Shown here: positions 39,693 through 50,111 of the stretch, one piece after another | Layout: each line of letters opens with the position of its first letter | Position numbering within the stretch: position 1 is the first letter of the stretch | Source: an uncultured delta proteobacterium | GTDB lineage: Bacteria > Desulfobacterota > Binatia > Binatales > Binataceae | NCBI GenBank assembly: GCA_963808235.1 | Contig: CAWEEQ010000004.1 | Span: 3,584,001-3,648,000, forward strand | Direction: 5' to 3' | Length of the DNA stretch: 64,000 nucleotides | Program-made: the position numbers and the translations under genes | Notes under the pieces: generated by a model | Database searches by the model: none | What the model saw: only the letters and a program-made list of their open reading frames with translations | What the model was told of the DNA's origin: nothing

Positions 39693-40254
39693 GATGGTGG
39701 ACCCTCCTACTTTCTCTGGTGGCAGGCGCAAAGTGGTTCGCGGAACTTTTAACTTTGTAACTAACTCTTAAACGAAGCGTGCGGGAGTGTTCGATCTCGT
39801 CTGACGATCGTAACCCGGCCGGCGCTGTTATGACAAATCGGTTTCGAGCGCCCGGGCGGTGCAAACCAGTCATCGTGATTTGCTCACCAGATAGTCGTTA
39901 GCGGCTACCGGGTTAACGATCGCGTGACTATGCTCATTAGAAATCGCATCGTCGCAGCTAATCCTGATCGGCGGAGCTAATAATACTTATGTTCGCGATC
40001 AGCAGCGATCAAAGGTTATTGACGGTGGCCTCAGCGCAACAGAACCTGCCAAAGCGCTGACAATTGCTTGATTGGCCTCAGGTTCATTGATCCCGGCAGG
40101 TTGATGGGGCCAATTCGAGTATTAGCAGAGATTATGTTGAAAGGAGCGGAACCATGAACTCGCGGTAATCAGAAGGAAATACATTTGACGACTTACATCA
40201 ACCTGCCCTAATGTCAAAATTGTCACGGACGCGGCAAATTCGCCCGTTCTTTAT

Positions 40255-41583
40255 TTGGAGGCTCGTATGCGAATGCAGAAAAAGATGTCGTCATGGGTTA
40301 CGACGACCATGGTGGCCCTGGCGCTGCTCGCAATTGGGGCGTTCAGCTCTCCAGGGTACGCGCAGGTTAAACCCGGTGATTTCATTACGCCGGATAACGC
40401 AACCAAGGTTAAGGATTTGGTGGGTCCGGGCGTCTACTACAAGGTCGAGCGCGGCATGTCGATGAAGATCGTGCCGACCCAGCGGGTCGATTGGCCGCCG
40501 CCGTACAAGGATGCGACGGAAAAATATTCGGCGCAGGTCCGTCTGTCGCAAGACAAACGCTCGATCGTCGGCTTCGTCGCGGGTCAGCCGTTTCCTTTGA
40601 TTGACGCCAACGATCCCGATGTCGCGGTCAAGGTCATCTGGAACAACGTGTTCCGGCCGATTACTTCCGACGACTACGATCTGCGCTACTACGACTGCGA
40701 TTCTGAATACGAGAAGAAGGGTCCGCAGACCGGTCAAATCGAGTATTTCCAGATCGGCCACTACGCCGGTTACGATCTCGTAGGCCGCACCGAAGTCGAG
40801 CCGCTTCCTACCGACCCCGACTTCAAGACCACCGGCCGTTACTGGCTGTTCGCGTTGTACCCGCTGCTTGCTCCGCAGGAAATTCGCGGAACCGGATTCA
40901 TCCGATGGCGCTACGCCGATCCGAAACGCGGAGACGATATCTGGAGCCTGGGCGCCGGCGCGCGCCGTATCCGCCGCGTCAACGAGTCGATCATGAGCTC
41001 GTCGACCACCGCGGGTGGAACCTCGGCGCACGCATGGGATCCCGATCATTACTCGGGCTTCAATCCCAAGACTGAGCAGTATCTCTACAAATTCCTCGGC
41101 GAGAAGAACATGCTCGCGACTATCCACGCCGAGCATTCACCTGAGTCACGATGTCCGACTGACGGCGGCTCCAGCGCATGCCCCGAAGCATGGGAGATGC
41201 GCCACATGTACATCGTCGAGGCGGTTCCCGATCGCTCGCGCATCAACGCGCTTGATTCCCGCACCGTCATTTTCATGGACAGTGAAATGTGGTTCGAGCC
41301 ATACATCGACACCTACGATCGTGCCGGCCATCTCTTCCGCGCGCATATCTACTGGCTGGCCACTCGCGATCGGCCGGTGCCCGATGCGAAGGTCGCGATC
41401 TATCCGTTTAAGCGCTCTTTCGTCGTAGGCGCGGTCTCGACCGACGTGCAATCCGGCCTGGCGACGATGTGCTATCTGCCGGGAATGGAAACCCCGGAGC
41501 GTGAGTGCTGGTACATCAACATGGGCGCGGTGGATCGGAGCTTCTTCACCACCGACGCGATGTTCCGGGCAGCATCGTTCTAG
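40255..41583 (+). CDS. DUF1329-family exported protein
   Basis: Signal peptide, ITPDN, GQPFP, RRIRR, YDRAG. Confidence 0.85.
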   Translation: MEARMRMQKKMSSWVTTTMVALALLAIGAFSSPGYAQVKPGDFITPDNATKVKDLVGPGVYYKVERGMSMKIVPTQRVDWPPPYKDATEKYSAQVRLSQDKRSIVGFVAGQPFPLIDANDPDVAVKVIWNNVFRPITSDDYDLRYYDCDSEYEKKGPQTGQIEYFQIGHYAGYDLVGRTEVEPLPTDPDFKTTGRYWLFALYPLLAPQEIRGTGFIRWRYADPKRGDDIWSLGAGARRIRRVNESIMSSSTTAGGTSAHAWDPDHYSGFNPKTEQYLYKFLGEKNMLATIHAEHSPESRCPTDGGSSACPEAWEMRHMYIVEAVPDRSRINALDSRTVIFMDSEMWFEPYIDTYDRAGHLFRAHIYWLATRDRPVPDAKVAIYPFKRSFVVGAVSTDVQSGLATMCYLPGMETPERECWYINMGAVDRSFFTTDAMFRAASF

Positions 41584-41613
41584 CGAATCGACTCAAGCGA
41601 CAACTCGTAAACA

Positions 41614-41646
41614 ACGGGCGCGGTCATCAGATCGCGCCCGTTTCTT
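41614..41646. terminator. Intrinsic terminator-like hairpin between convergent genes
   Basis: AACGGGCGCGGTC-ATCA-GATCGCGCCCGTT followed by TCTT. Confidence 0.65.
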
Positions 41647-41675
41647 ATTCTGTCGTCGCTGCGAGGGAAAATCGA

Positions 41676-42608
41676 CTACACAATTCGCTTCTGGCCGTGC
41701 TTGAATCCGCCCTGCTCGCCGATCGCGTCGTCCTTGCGCTCGGGCTGATGCTCGCGCTCGCGACGACGTCCGCGGCCCTGCCCCTGGCCCAGAGCCTTGG
41801 CTTGCGGTTGCTGCGACTGCGATTGTGCCGGCTGATTTCCCCGTTCGCGGCGCGCGCCGGCGTCGACCGGCACAATTTCGATCGAGCGGAGGAATCCTTC
41901 GCCTGACGAGCGAGTGGCGATCATCGGATCATCCTTCAATGCCAGATGCACGACGCGGCGATCGCGGGGCGGCATCGGATCGAGTCGCACGGCGTGATGC
42001 TCACGTTTGGCGCGCTCGCCGACCGACAGCGCCATGCGATGCAACTGCTGGCGTCGGCGCGAGCGATACGATTCAGTCTCGAGCGAAATCGGCGCCGCAT
42101 CCTTGATTCTGCGCGCCAGGATCCGGTTCACGATGTACTCGAGAGCATCGAGGGTCTGCCCATGGCGCCCGATAAGAATTCCCGAACCGTCGCCCCTGAT
42201 TTCCAGCTCGACTGATTCCGCGTCGATCTCTATTTGCCGGACCTCGGCCCGCTCGCCCATCTTTTCGAGGATCTGTTTCAGGATCACAGTTGCCTCGCGG
42301 CGCTGCTCTTCCTGGTCGGCACTCTTGCGACCAGCTCCGCTCCCGTCGTCCGGAGTCGCGTCCGCCCGCTTCGGCGCGGCCGTCTTATCGGCGGTTCCCG
42401 CGCCTTCATCGCGACTCGCGGCATGCGCGGATTTTCGCGTGACTCGCACTCGTGCCTGGCGCGAGCCCAGTCCGAGCACGCCTGCGCGCGGAGTCGCAAG
42501 CACTTCGACGATCACCTGGTCCTCGCGCACCGAAAGCTGCTCGAGGGCTTCCCTTGTCGCCTCTTCTACCGAAGCGGCCTCTATTTCTATCGAGTCCATA
42601 TTGCTCAT
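41676..42608 (-). CDS. jag: Jag/KhpB (EloR) KH-R3H RNA-binding protein
   Basis: Jag_N domain, LIGRHGQTLDALE, PM..RDRRVVH; follows yidC. Confidence 0.93.
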   Translation of the reverse strand: MSNMDSIEIEAASVEEATREALEQLSVREDQVIVEVLATPRAGVLGLGSRQARVRVTRKSAHAASRDEGAGTADKTAAPKRADATPDDGSGAGRKSADQEEQRREATVILKQILEKMGERAEVRQIEIDAESVELEIRGDGSGILIGRHGQTLDALEYIVNRILARRIKDAAPISLETESYRSRRRQQLHRMALSVGERAKREHHAVRLDPMPPRDRRVVHLALKDDPMIATRSSGEGFLRSIEIVPVDAGARRERGNQPAQSQSQQPQAKALGQGQGRGRRREREHQPERKDDAIGEQGGFKHGQKRIV

Positions 42609-44332
42609 GTAGCCGGAGTGTACTGTTGGAATTCGCGGTTGAGAAAATATTGCTGGATCACGCCCAGGATGTTCGACGAAAAATAATATAGCGCGAGGCC
42701 GGCGGGAAAATTAATCAGCATGATCGTGAAAATCAGCGGCGTCAGCATCATCATCTTTTGTTGATTCGGATCGGGCGAGGTCGGAGTCATCAGCTGCTGC
42801 ACGAAACTGCTCGCGCCCATCAGCAGGACCAGCACCGGCAGCCCGTGACAATGCACCAGCGGCAACTGCGGCAGCCCGGGAATATGCAGGCAGTCCGGAG
42901 TCGAGAGATCGTTGATCCAGCCGAGGAACGGCGCATGCCGGAGCTCGACCGAATTCAGCAGCGCTTCGTAGAGGCCGATAAATATCGGCAACTGCAGCGC
43001 GGTGGGGGCGCATCCGCCGAGCGGGTTGACGTGATTGCGCTTGTACAGATCGACCATCTCTTTCTGGAGCTGTTCGTTGTTGTCCTTGTATTTCTCGCGC
43101 AGCCGTTCCATCTGCGGCTGCAGGCGCTGCATCTTCATCATCGAGCGCTGGCTTTTGATCGAGATCGGCAGGAACACGATCCGGATCGAAACCGTCAGCA
43201 GGATAATATCCCATCCATAGTTGGGCGCGATGTAGTGAAATAGCTTGAGCGTGCGCAGAAAAATAAGCGCCAGGATTCCGGCCCAGCCGAAATCTATCGC
43301 CTTGTGCAGCGACGGGTTGACGGCTTCCAGAGCCTCCAGCAGCTTCGGCCCCATGTAGATTTGACTGTGGACCCTGGTCGCGGCGTCGAACAACACCCGC
43401 GCCACCGCTTCGCTCCCCGTGTACGCCATCGTCAACTCGCCGCGGGTCGGCGTCTCGGGCAGAAACACGGACAAGAAATAGCGGTCGCCAAATCCGGCGT
43501 AAGTTATCGTGCCCGCAACCGGCGCGACGCCCTTCTCGAGTTTCTTCTGAACCTCCGTGATTACCTTGTCGTTCACATCGGCCTGCACCTCAGGAATATC
43601 GTAATATCCCTGATGCGCCGTGAGCGGCTGGCTCATCGAAACGCCGAGCGCCTGCAACTTTGGCCCGCCCGTCACCTCAACGTCCATCGCGAACACGTAG
43701 CTGCTCTTCTTGAGTGTAAACTTCTTTGTGATCGTCGCGCCGTCGGCAGTCTGGGCGGTGAAGGCCAGCGTCGAGTCGTTACCCGGAGCGAGCGTGATTC
43801 GCGGCGGCGCGGTCGTGGTGTAGTCGAGCTGACCGTCGTCGAGGACTTCGCCCTCGCGCGTCATCACCGCGCCGAGCGGCAGATGCCCATCGGGAGAAAC
43901 CTGGATCATCTCGTAAGGCGGGCTGTCTTTTGCCGCCGCCTGCCGATAGTTCCTGAGCTGAAAACTTTTCAGCCGCGCGCCGCGGGTGGTGAATACCGCG
44001 ACATAAAAATCCGAATCGACTTCGATCGTTCGTTCCGCGCCACCGGCATGCGCTGCCGCGAGCGCCGTCGATTGCGCTCCACTGGGTGGACCCGCGCCCT
44101 CAGCGCTCGCGCCGGGCGAAGCTGCCCCGGCCGCATTCGTAACCGCTCCTGAAGCCACAGCGCCGGGCGCATTGCCGAGCGCTTGGGCCTGATTGGCCTT
44201 CGCCTCCCTGGCCTGCTGGGCAGCTTGCTGCTCGGTCGGCGGCGGATAAAATCTTTTCAGCACGAGTTCCTGATAGGCGACTATCAGTACTATCGAGAGG
44301 ATTACCGCGACCAGAACTCGACTCGAATCCAA
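42605..44332 (-). CDS. yidC: Membrane protein insertase YidC
   Basis: GPK, IDFGW, NYGWDII, NPLGGC, ELRHAPF.GWI.DLS. Confidence 0.96.
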   Translation of the reverse strand: MDSSRVLVAVILSIVLIVAYQELVLKRFYPPPTEQQAAQQAREAKANQAQALGNAPGAVASGAVTNAAGAASPGASAEGAGPPSGAQSTALAAAHAGGAERTIEVDSDFYVAVFTTRGARLKSFQLRNYRQAAAKDSPPYEMIQVSPDGHLPLGAVMTREGEVLDDGQLDYTTTAPPRITLAPGNDSTLAFTAQTADGATITKKFTLKKSSYVFAMDVEVTGGPKLQALGVSMSQPLTAHQGYYDIPEVQADVNDKVITEVQKKLEKGVAPVAGTITYAGFGDRYFLSVFLPETPTRGELTMAYTGSEAVARVLFDAATRVHSQIYMGPKLLEALEAVNPSLHKAIDFGWAGILALIFLRTLKLFHYIAPNYGWDIILLTVSIRIVFLPISIKSQRSMMKMQRLQPQMERLREKYKDNNEQLQKEMVDLYKRNHVNPLGGCAPTALQLPIFIGLYEALLNSVELRHAPFLGWINDLSTPDCLHIPGLPQLPLVHCHGLPVLVLLMGASSFVQQLMTPTSPDPNQQKMMMLTPLIFTIMLINFPAGLALYYFSSNILGVIQQYFLNREFQQYTPAT

Positions 44333-44344
44333 AGAATTAAATCC

Positions 44345-44620
44345 TTATCTCTGCCGCGCACGGACTGGATCGTAACCATGCCCGCCGATCGGATTGCATC
44401 GCGCGATTCGCCACATCGCCATCGCGCCGCCGCGGACTACCCCATATTCGGCAATCGCGTCGCGTGCGTATTCGGAGCAACTTGGCTCGAAGCGGCACGC
44501 GGGCCCGTTGATCGCACGGACTAAGGGCGAGATCGCGGCACGATAAATCGCGACCGCGCCGATCGCGGCGAATCGCGGCACCACTTTCACCCGGTCGATT
44601 GTATGAGCAAGCGTCATCAA
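44345..44620 (-). CDS. yidD: Membrane protein insertion efficiency factor YidD
   Basis: CRFEPSCSEY, RCNP...GYDPV. Confidence 0.93.
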   Translation of the reverse strand: MMTLAHTIDRVKVVPRFAAIGAVAIYRAAISPLVRAINGPACRFEPSCSEYARDAIAEYGVVRGGAMAMWRIARCNPIGGHGYDPVRARQR

Positions 44621-45003
44621 TTGCGCCCGGCGACTTTGGCCCCGATTCGGCCGCTCAGATTCCGCGCTGCCGCGGTAAGTTCATTGTCGATCGCCGGCGA
44701 TGCGAGCATACCTGCGCCGGGGCGTGCGATCACTACTATCGAAGTACCTGAGGGCAGCTTATCGCGGATGGCGCGGCGGAAAATTTCGCGAACCCGCCGC
44801 TTGACGCGGTTTCGGACCACCGCGATACCGATTCGGCGCGAAACGGTGACCCCCAGCCGCGAGCGGCCCGGATGGTCGTCGAGATTGCCTGCGTAGAACA
44901 CGAAGTGGGAGCTCTGGAAACGCAGTCCGACGCGCTGGAGACGGATAAACTCACTCCTTCGATGCAGCCGGTCGGCTGCCCCGAAGCTCAATTGCGCGCG
45001 CAC
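44617..45003 (-). CDS. rnpA: Ribonuclease P protein component
   Basis: RLGVTVSRRIGIAVVRNRVKRRVRE. Confidence 0.95.
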   Translation of the reverse strand: MRAQLSFGAADRLHRRSEFIRLQRVGLRFQSSHFVFYAGNLDDHPGRSRLGVTVSRRIGIAVVRNRVKRRVREIFRRAIRDKLPSGTSIVVIARPGAGMLASPAIDNELTAAARNLSGRIGAKVAGRN

Positions 45004-45009
45004 GTGAGG

Positions 45010-45168
45010 TTAGCCCGGCTGCTTGGGCGGAATCGAGATGGCGAGCCGGGCGCGACCCTTCGCGCGCCGGCGCTTGAGCACCTTGCGGCCGCCTGGCGTG
45101 GCCATCCGCGCCAGGAATCCATGGGTTCGTTTGCGTCGGCGGTTGTGAGGTTGGTAGGTCCTTTTCAT
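45010..45168 (-). CDS. rpmH: 50S ribosomal protein L34 (not in ORF track)
   Basis: Translated by hand: [52 protein letters not shown]. Confidence 0.97.
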   Translation of the reverse strand: MKRTYQPHNRRRKRTHGFLARMATPGGRKVLKRRRAKGRARLAISIPPKQPG

Positions 45169-45353
45169 TGCTAGTGGCTCGCGGCCAAGGTCACTCGTGG
45201 TTTGTATTCAGACCGCATCGGTCTGTTGTAGGCCGGGTGCCTGATCGATCATTGTACAGACCCCGAACACGCAATCGAACCATACCAGACGCCGTTGAGC
45301 AAGTGCTCGACCGCGCGCGAAAGCCGGGCTTATATGACACGAGTTGATATCGC

Positions 45354-46172
45354 ATGATGAAATCATCGCCAACCAAAGCAACCGCGCGCAGACGCAACTC
45401 GCCTCCAAAGCGGCTGTCGCCGCGTCCATTCCCGATTCTCGAGTTCGATCCCGCGCCGATCGCGATCATCGAGCCGCGACGGGTGCACAAGGCGATCGAT
45501 GCTCCCCGTCACTGCGTGCTGTGCTTCTTCCAGGACGTGATCGACGACCTGGTCCGCAACGGTGCACGCGAGATTCATAGCGAACGATGGGAGACCGGTA
45601 ATCATCCGGTCTACGAGCTTGAATTCAATGGGCGGCGGCTAGCCGTTTTGCATCCGCGAGTCGGCGCTGCGGTTTCGGCGGCGATGCTCGAGATGATGAT
45701 CGCGTTCGGCTCGCGCAAATTCATCGCATGCGGCGGCGCGGGAGTGCTCGACTCGAAGATCGGGGTCGGACATATCGTGGTACCGAGCGCTGCGATTCGC
45801 GACGAAGGAACCTCGTATCACTACCTGGCGCCGGCACGCGAGGTCGCGCCGCATCCGCGCGCGCTCGCCGCAATCGAGAAAACCCTCCGGCGCAACGGCC
45901 ACGATTATATCGTCGCGAAGACCTGGACCACTGACGCGATCTTTCGCGAGACTCGGGCCCGGATGAATGCGCGCAAGCGCGAAGGATGCCTGACGGTCGA
46001 GATGGAAGCGGCGGCATTCTTCGCGGTCGCGAAGTTCCGGCGCGTGCAATTCGGCCAGATCCTATATGGCGGCGACGATCTGAGCGGCGAGTGGGACCCT
46101 CGCAACTGGAGTCGTCATCAGATCCGCGAGCGGCTGTTCACGCTGTCCGCGGAAGCGTGCCTCAGCATGTGA
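45354..46172 (+). CDS. Nucleoside phosphorylase (PNP/UDP family)
   Basis: CGGAG, IRDEGTSYHY, WTTDAIFRET, VEMEAAA. Confidence 0.9.
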   Translation: MMKSSPTKATARRRNSPPKRLSPRPFPILEFDPAPIAIIEPRRVHKAIDAPRHCVLCFFQDVIDDLVRNGAREIHSERWETGNHPVYELEFNGRRLAVLHPRVGAAVSAAMLEMMIAFGSRKFIACGGAGVLDSKIGVGHIVVPSAAIRDEGTSYHYLAPAREVAPHPRALAAIEKTLRRNGHDYIVAKTWTTDAIFRETRARMNARKREGCLTVEMEAAAFFAVAKFRRVQFGQILYGGDDLSGEWDPRNWSRHQIRERLFTLSAEACLSM

Positions 46173-46175
46173 GGT

Positions 46176-47249
46176 TCAGTGCGTGGCGCCTCGGGTCACG
46201 ACCAGGATTCGGAAGGTGCCGGGAACCGGCTTGGGCCGTTGCCCCGGGGCGAAGGTTCCTGAAGAGGTCATCGGCGGCAGGATCAGATCGGAGGTGGGCA
46301 GATAAATCGTTCCGCTATTGTGATCGAGCGCCATCGTGCGCGCGCCAATCTGGGTCTTTACCGTCTCGGCCAGCTCGAATTTATCCGGGGACACTTCGCG
46401 AACCACGGTGAGAGTTCCGTCGCCGCAGCTCGCAAACACGATTCCGTCGTTGAATGCGGTCGCGTCGACGAACGCGCCGATCGGGAAGTCTGCGACAATC
46501 TTTCCGTCGTCGGCATTCATGACGATTAGTTTGCCATTGCGGCATCCGATGAATAGGCGGCGCGATGCGGGGTCCATCGACATCCCGGTCGGATGCTTTC
46601 CCGGGCCGAGCGGCCAGCGAGCGATCACTTTCATCGCATGCGTGTCGACCACCGCCACTTCGTCCTTATCGGCGATGTTCACGAACACGCGGCCCTTGCC
46701 GTCGGCGACCGCGAACTCGGGTGAGCCGCCGAGATCGACGGTCGCAGATGCCTTTCCGCTCTTGGGGTCCACGTCCGGTGCGATCGCAACCATCTGATGC
46801 GCGTCGCCGCACATCACCAGCACTTGCTTGCTCGCGGGATCGTAGATGATGCCGTCGGCATCCTCAGCCGCGGGGACTTTGCCCAGGGTCGCACCGGTGT
46901 TCAGGTCGAATACGACCACCGCGGCGCCCTTGCCGTCGCTGATGAACCCGCGGCCCAAATCTGGGACCAGCGCCACGCCATGAGCACGGCCGGTATCGGG
47001 AATGTCGTGGACTGTCTGGCCCGTCGACGCGTCGATGATCATCGTATGAGTGCTGCGAGTGACGTAGAGCAGACGGCCCGCCGCGTCGAGGGTCGCGTAG
47101 TCCCATCCTCCGTCGCCGCCGACTTTCAGGGTCTTGGTGAGCGCGTAGGTTTGATCGGTCGCGGGCGCCGCAGCCGCAATCTCAATCGCGCTGAGACCGG
47201 CGGACAAAACGATCACGAGGAACAGAATTCGTGCGCCGACGTTTTTCAC
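46176..47249 (-). CDS. Secreted YncE/YVTN beta-propeller protein
   Basis: Signal peptide, GGWDY, HGVAL, ADGIIYD, GARTMALD. Confidence 0.88.
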   Translation of the reverse strand: MKNVGARILFLVIVLSAGLSAIEIAAAAPATDQTYALTKTLKVGGDGGWDYATLDAAGRLLYVTRSTHTMIIDASTGQTVHDIPDTGRAHGVALVPDLGRGFISDGKGAAVVVFDLNTGATLGKVPAAEDADGIIYDPASKQVLVMCGDAHQMVAIAPDVDPKSGKASATVDLGGSPEFAVADGKGRVFVNIADKDEVAVVDTHAMKVIARWPLGPGKHPTGMSMDPASRRLFIGCRNGKLIVMNADDGKIVADFPIGAFVDATAFNDGIVFASCGDGTLTVVREVSPDKFELAETVKTQIGARTMALDHNSGTIYLPTSDLILPPMTSSGTFAPGQRPKPVPGTFRILVVTRGATH

Positions 47250-48455
47250 TTAATTCGCCAGAATGATCCCGAACGGCTGGCCGTTGGTTCCACCGCTGTT
47301 GGTCGCAACCGTACCGACGAAACAGGGAGGACCCGGGGCACCGGCACAGGTCGGATCCAGCGAGAACTGGCTTACCGTTCCCCCACCAAAATTGGTGGTG
47401 TAGAGAAACGCATTCTGCGGATCGACGACCAGCCCAGTCGGCATATTCACGTCGCCGGGAGTCGTTCCGAAATCGACCGGTAGCGACAGAATACCCGGGT
47501 GTGTAACCAGGAACGACCACATCGTCGAGGTGCCTTGGTTCGCAGTGAAAATAAAATTGTTCGGGCTGACTGTCGAAAATCCGATTCCGAACGGCATCTC
47601 GCCGCCGGCAGTCCCCGGCACAGTGGTGCCGAACGATAGGGTGCCCGCGCTTACTGCCAACACCCCCACTTCTGCGAAAGTGCTGTCGGTCACGTAGATA
47701 AAGGTTCCGCTGGGATCGAGCGCGATGAAGCCCGGAGCGCCGCCAGCAGAGCCGATATCAAAAACCGAATTTATCTTGGTGAGCACGCCGGTCGATGTGT
47801 TGATGCTGAACGAATAGACCAGTCCCGTTTTTTGGTCCGCGACGAAAACGAACGAGCCGGTCGAATCGACCGCGATTCCGAACGGATTCACGAGTCCGAC
47901 GATTGGATGCTTAACCTGGGTAAGCTGGCCGGTGCTGGTATTGATCGAATAGCTCGTGACGGTGCCGTTCGCGAATCCTGTCACGAACAAAAACGTCCCG
48001 GCCGGGTTGATCGCGATTTCATCGGGGCCGCTGTTTTTTCCGTTGCTGATCGAGACCGGCGGCGCGAGAGCACCGGTGCCCGGATTCACCGTGTACTCGT
48101 AGATGTTGTCGTCGGCCTTGTTGGCGACATATAGAAAGTTCCCACTGGACTGGAATGCGAGGCCCTTGGGCCCACTCTTTGCGCCCGCCGCGGTAATCGC
48201 GGTGCGCTTGAGAACGCCGGTCGACGTATTGCGCGTGAATGAGGCAATGCTCCCAGTCTTGAAGTTGCTGACGAAGGCGAGCGCACCGCTTCCGGTCGAG
48301 GTCGCGGTCGGAGAGGCTGAATCGTTGGCCAGCGTCAGCAGTCCCGGAGTTCCGCACGAGACCGTGATCGTGGCTGCAATCAGGATTAGCGCCGGAACCA
48401 GCGGGATCAAGTTTCTGAATATGGTTCGGCTATGTAGCCGGCTGTCCTGATCCAT
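47250..48455 (-). CDS. Lactonase-family 7-bladed beta-propeller, probable lipoprotein (start uncertain)
   Basis: Repeated P...A.DP.G.F.Y/FV blades; hydrophobic stretch ending VSC. Confidence 0.82.
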   Translation of the reverse strand: MDQDSRLHSRTIFRNLIPLVPALILIAATITVSCGTPGLLTLANDSASPTATSTGSGALAFVSNFKTGSIASFTRNTSTGVLKRTAITAAGAKSGPKGLAFQSSGNFLYVANKADDNIYEYTVNPGTGALAPPVSISNGKNSGPDEIAINPAGTFLFVTGFANGTVTSYSINTSTGQLTQVKHPIVGLVNPFGIAVDSTGSFVFVADQKTGLVYSFSINTSTGVLTKINSVFDIGSAGGAPGFIALDPSGTFIYVTDSTFAEVGVLAVSAGTLSFGTTVPGTAGGEMPFGIGFSTVSPNNFIFTANQGTSTMWSFLVTHPGILSLPVDFGTTPGDVNMPTGLVVDPQNAFLYTTNFGGGTVSQFSLDPTCAGAPGPPCFVGTVATNSGGTNGQPFGIILAN

Positions 48456-48627
48456 CTGTCGCGAGTACCCCCGATACTGACTCCGCCCCGATCTTGAACC
48501 TTTAGACAATCCCGCAATCGCGATCGATTACAAGAGCATCGTGCACGAAGAAAGGCGATGACAGAAGATCTCATCGATGATTCGCCGGACTTGACATCGC
48601 ACCACCTTCGGGCGGAGACCCACTTTA

Positions 48628-49122
48628 GTGAACGCGAAGGATTCCACGATCGTAGTACGTCGCGCGAGCGATCCGGATGCGGAAGAAGTCGCGACCGTTT
48701 ATATCGCATCGCGGCGCGGCGCCGTCGCGTACCTGCCGACCGTCGGCACGGACGCGGAGATTCGCACGTGGGTAATCGATCATATGGTCAAGGAAACTGA
48801 GACGTGGGTCGCGGAGACGGGCGGGCGAATCGCCGCGGTGATGGTGCTCGAGGGCGACATGGTCGATCAGCTTTACGTGACCCCCGGTAGTCAACAACGC
48901 GGTGTCGGCGACCGTCTGCTCGCGCATGCCAAGCATCTGCGGCCTGCCGGCCTTCGGCTTCATACGTTCCAGAGGAACACTCCGGCGCGGCGGTTTTACG
49001 AGCAGCGCGGATTCGTTGCGATCAAATTCACCGACGGCGCGACCAATATGGAGCGCGAACCCGACGTTCTTTACGAATGGATGCCCGAAAGCGCAACTAA
49101 TTCGAAGGAGTCAGCGCGATGA
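48628..49122 (+). CDS. GNAT N-acetyltransferase
   Basis: QLYV.P..QQRGVG, N.PARRFYE..GF. Confidence 0.88.
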   Translation: MNAKDSTIVVRRASDPDAEEVATVYIASRRGAVAYLPTVGTDAEIRTWVIDHMVKETETWVAETGGRIAAVMVLEGDMVDQLYVTPGSQQRGVGDRLLAHAKHLRPAGLRLHTFQRNTPARRFYEQRGFVAIKFTDGATNMEREPDVLYEWMPESATNSKESAR

Positions 49123-50096
49123 ACAAGATTGATCTCGAGAAAGTGCCCCGCTTCTCGGAACTTCCCGTCAAAGCAGACAAGCCCAAGGAATCGTCGTGGG
49201 GCGTGTTTGGCGACGACGACGAACTCGGATGCCTCAACTTCCTGAGTCCGGAAGGCGTCGTCGAAGCGGCGCGCCTGGTGCGCAAGGGGCATGTTTTTCG
49301 ACTCGATACAAAAATCAATTACGCGAAGCCGCCGCTGTTCGCGCGGCAGCCGGCAAAACACAACATCATGAGCTTCGAGCGCTTCGGCCTGCTCGGTTTC
49401 GACGACTCGCTCGACAGCTACAACACCCAGGAAGGGAGCCAGTGGGACGGCCTCGCCCACGTCGGCAGCCCGCGCTACAAAGCGTTTTACAACGGTGTGA
49501 AATCGAGCGAGATCAAGGACGGTCCCGACGGCCGCCTCAGCATCCACAAGTGGGCCAACAAATTTGTCGGTCGCGCGGTGCTGCTCGACGCATTCAGATA
49601 TCGGATGTCGCACGGCCGCACGATCGATCCGCTCAAGTCGGAAAAATACAGCCTCGACGATTTGAAAGAGACGGCGGTCGCGCAGGGCGTCGAGCTGAGG
49701 CCGGGCACGATTTTGCTGATACGCACGGGATGGATGCAGGCGTATCTCGCGGCGTCGGCGGCGGACAAGGCGGCGATGGCGCCGCTTGAGGGTCTGAAGG
49801 CGTGCGGGATCGACGACAGCCGCGCGATGGTCGAGTGGTTTTGGGATCATCGGATTGCGGCGGTCGGCACCGATTGTCCGGCGGTCGAGCCGTGGCCGTG
49901 GGATTTCAAGAATGAAGGCGCGCTGCACTATCGCACGCTGTGCCTGCTCGGTCTGCCGATCGGTGAGCAGTTCAATCTCGACGAACTCGCAGCCGATTGC
50001 GCCGCCGACAAGCGCTACGAATTCATGCTGGTGTCGGTGCCGATAAACCTGGAGGGCGGAATCGCGTCGCCACCCAACGCGGTCGCGATCAAGTAG
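49119..50096 (+). CDS. Cyclase-family (kynurenine formamidase-like) metal hydrolase
   Basis: WG.FG.DDELG.LN, SQWDGLAH, LLIRTGW, GGIASPPNAVA. Confidence 0.9.
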   Translation: MNKIDLEKVPRFSELPVKADKPKESSWGVFGDDDELGCLNFLSPEGVVEAARLVRKGHVFRLDTKINYAKPPLFARQPAKHNIMSFERFGLLGFDDSLDSYNTQEGSQWDGLAHVGSPRYKAFYNGVKSSEIKDGPDGRLSIHKWANKFVGRAVLLDAFRYRMSHGRTIDPLKSEKYSLDDLKETAVAQGVELRPGTILLIRTGWMQAYLAASAADKAAMAPLEGLKACGIDDSRAMVEWFWDHRIAAVGTDCPAVEPWPWDFKNEGALHYRTLCLLGLPIGEQFNLDELAADCAADKRYEFMLVSVPINLEGGIASPPNAVAIK

Positions 50097-50111
50097 GCGC
50101 GAATCAGTTCT

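Noticed and set aside
40031-40060. Cobalamin riboswitch suggested by AGAACCTGCC
   Set aside because: No GGGAA core, CCCGC.ACTGT or B12-box context is recognisable.
45169-45353. oriC upstream of rpmH
   Set aside because: No DnaA boxes or AT-rich unwinding element, and no dnaA.
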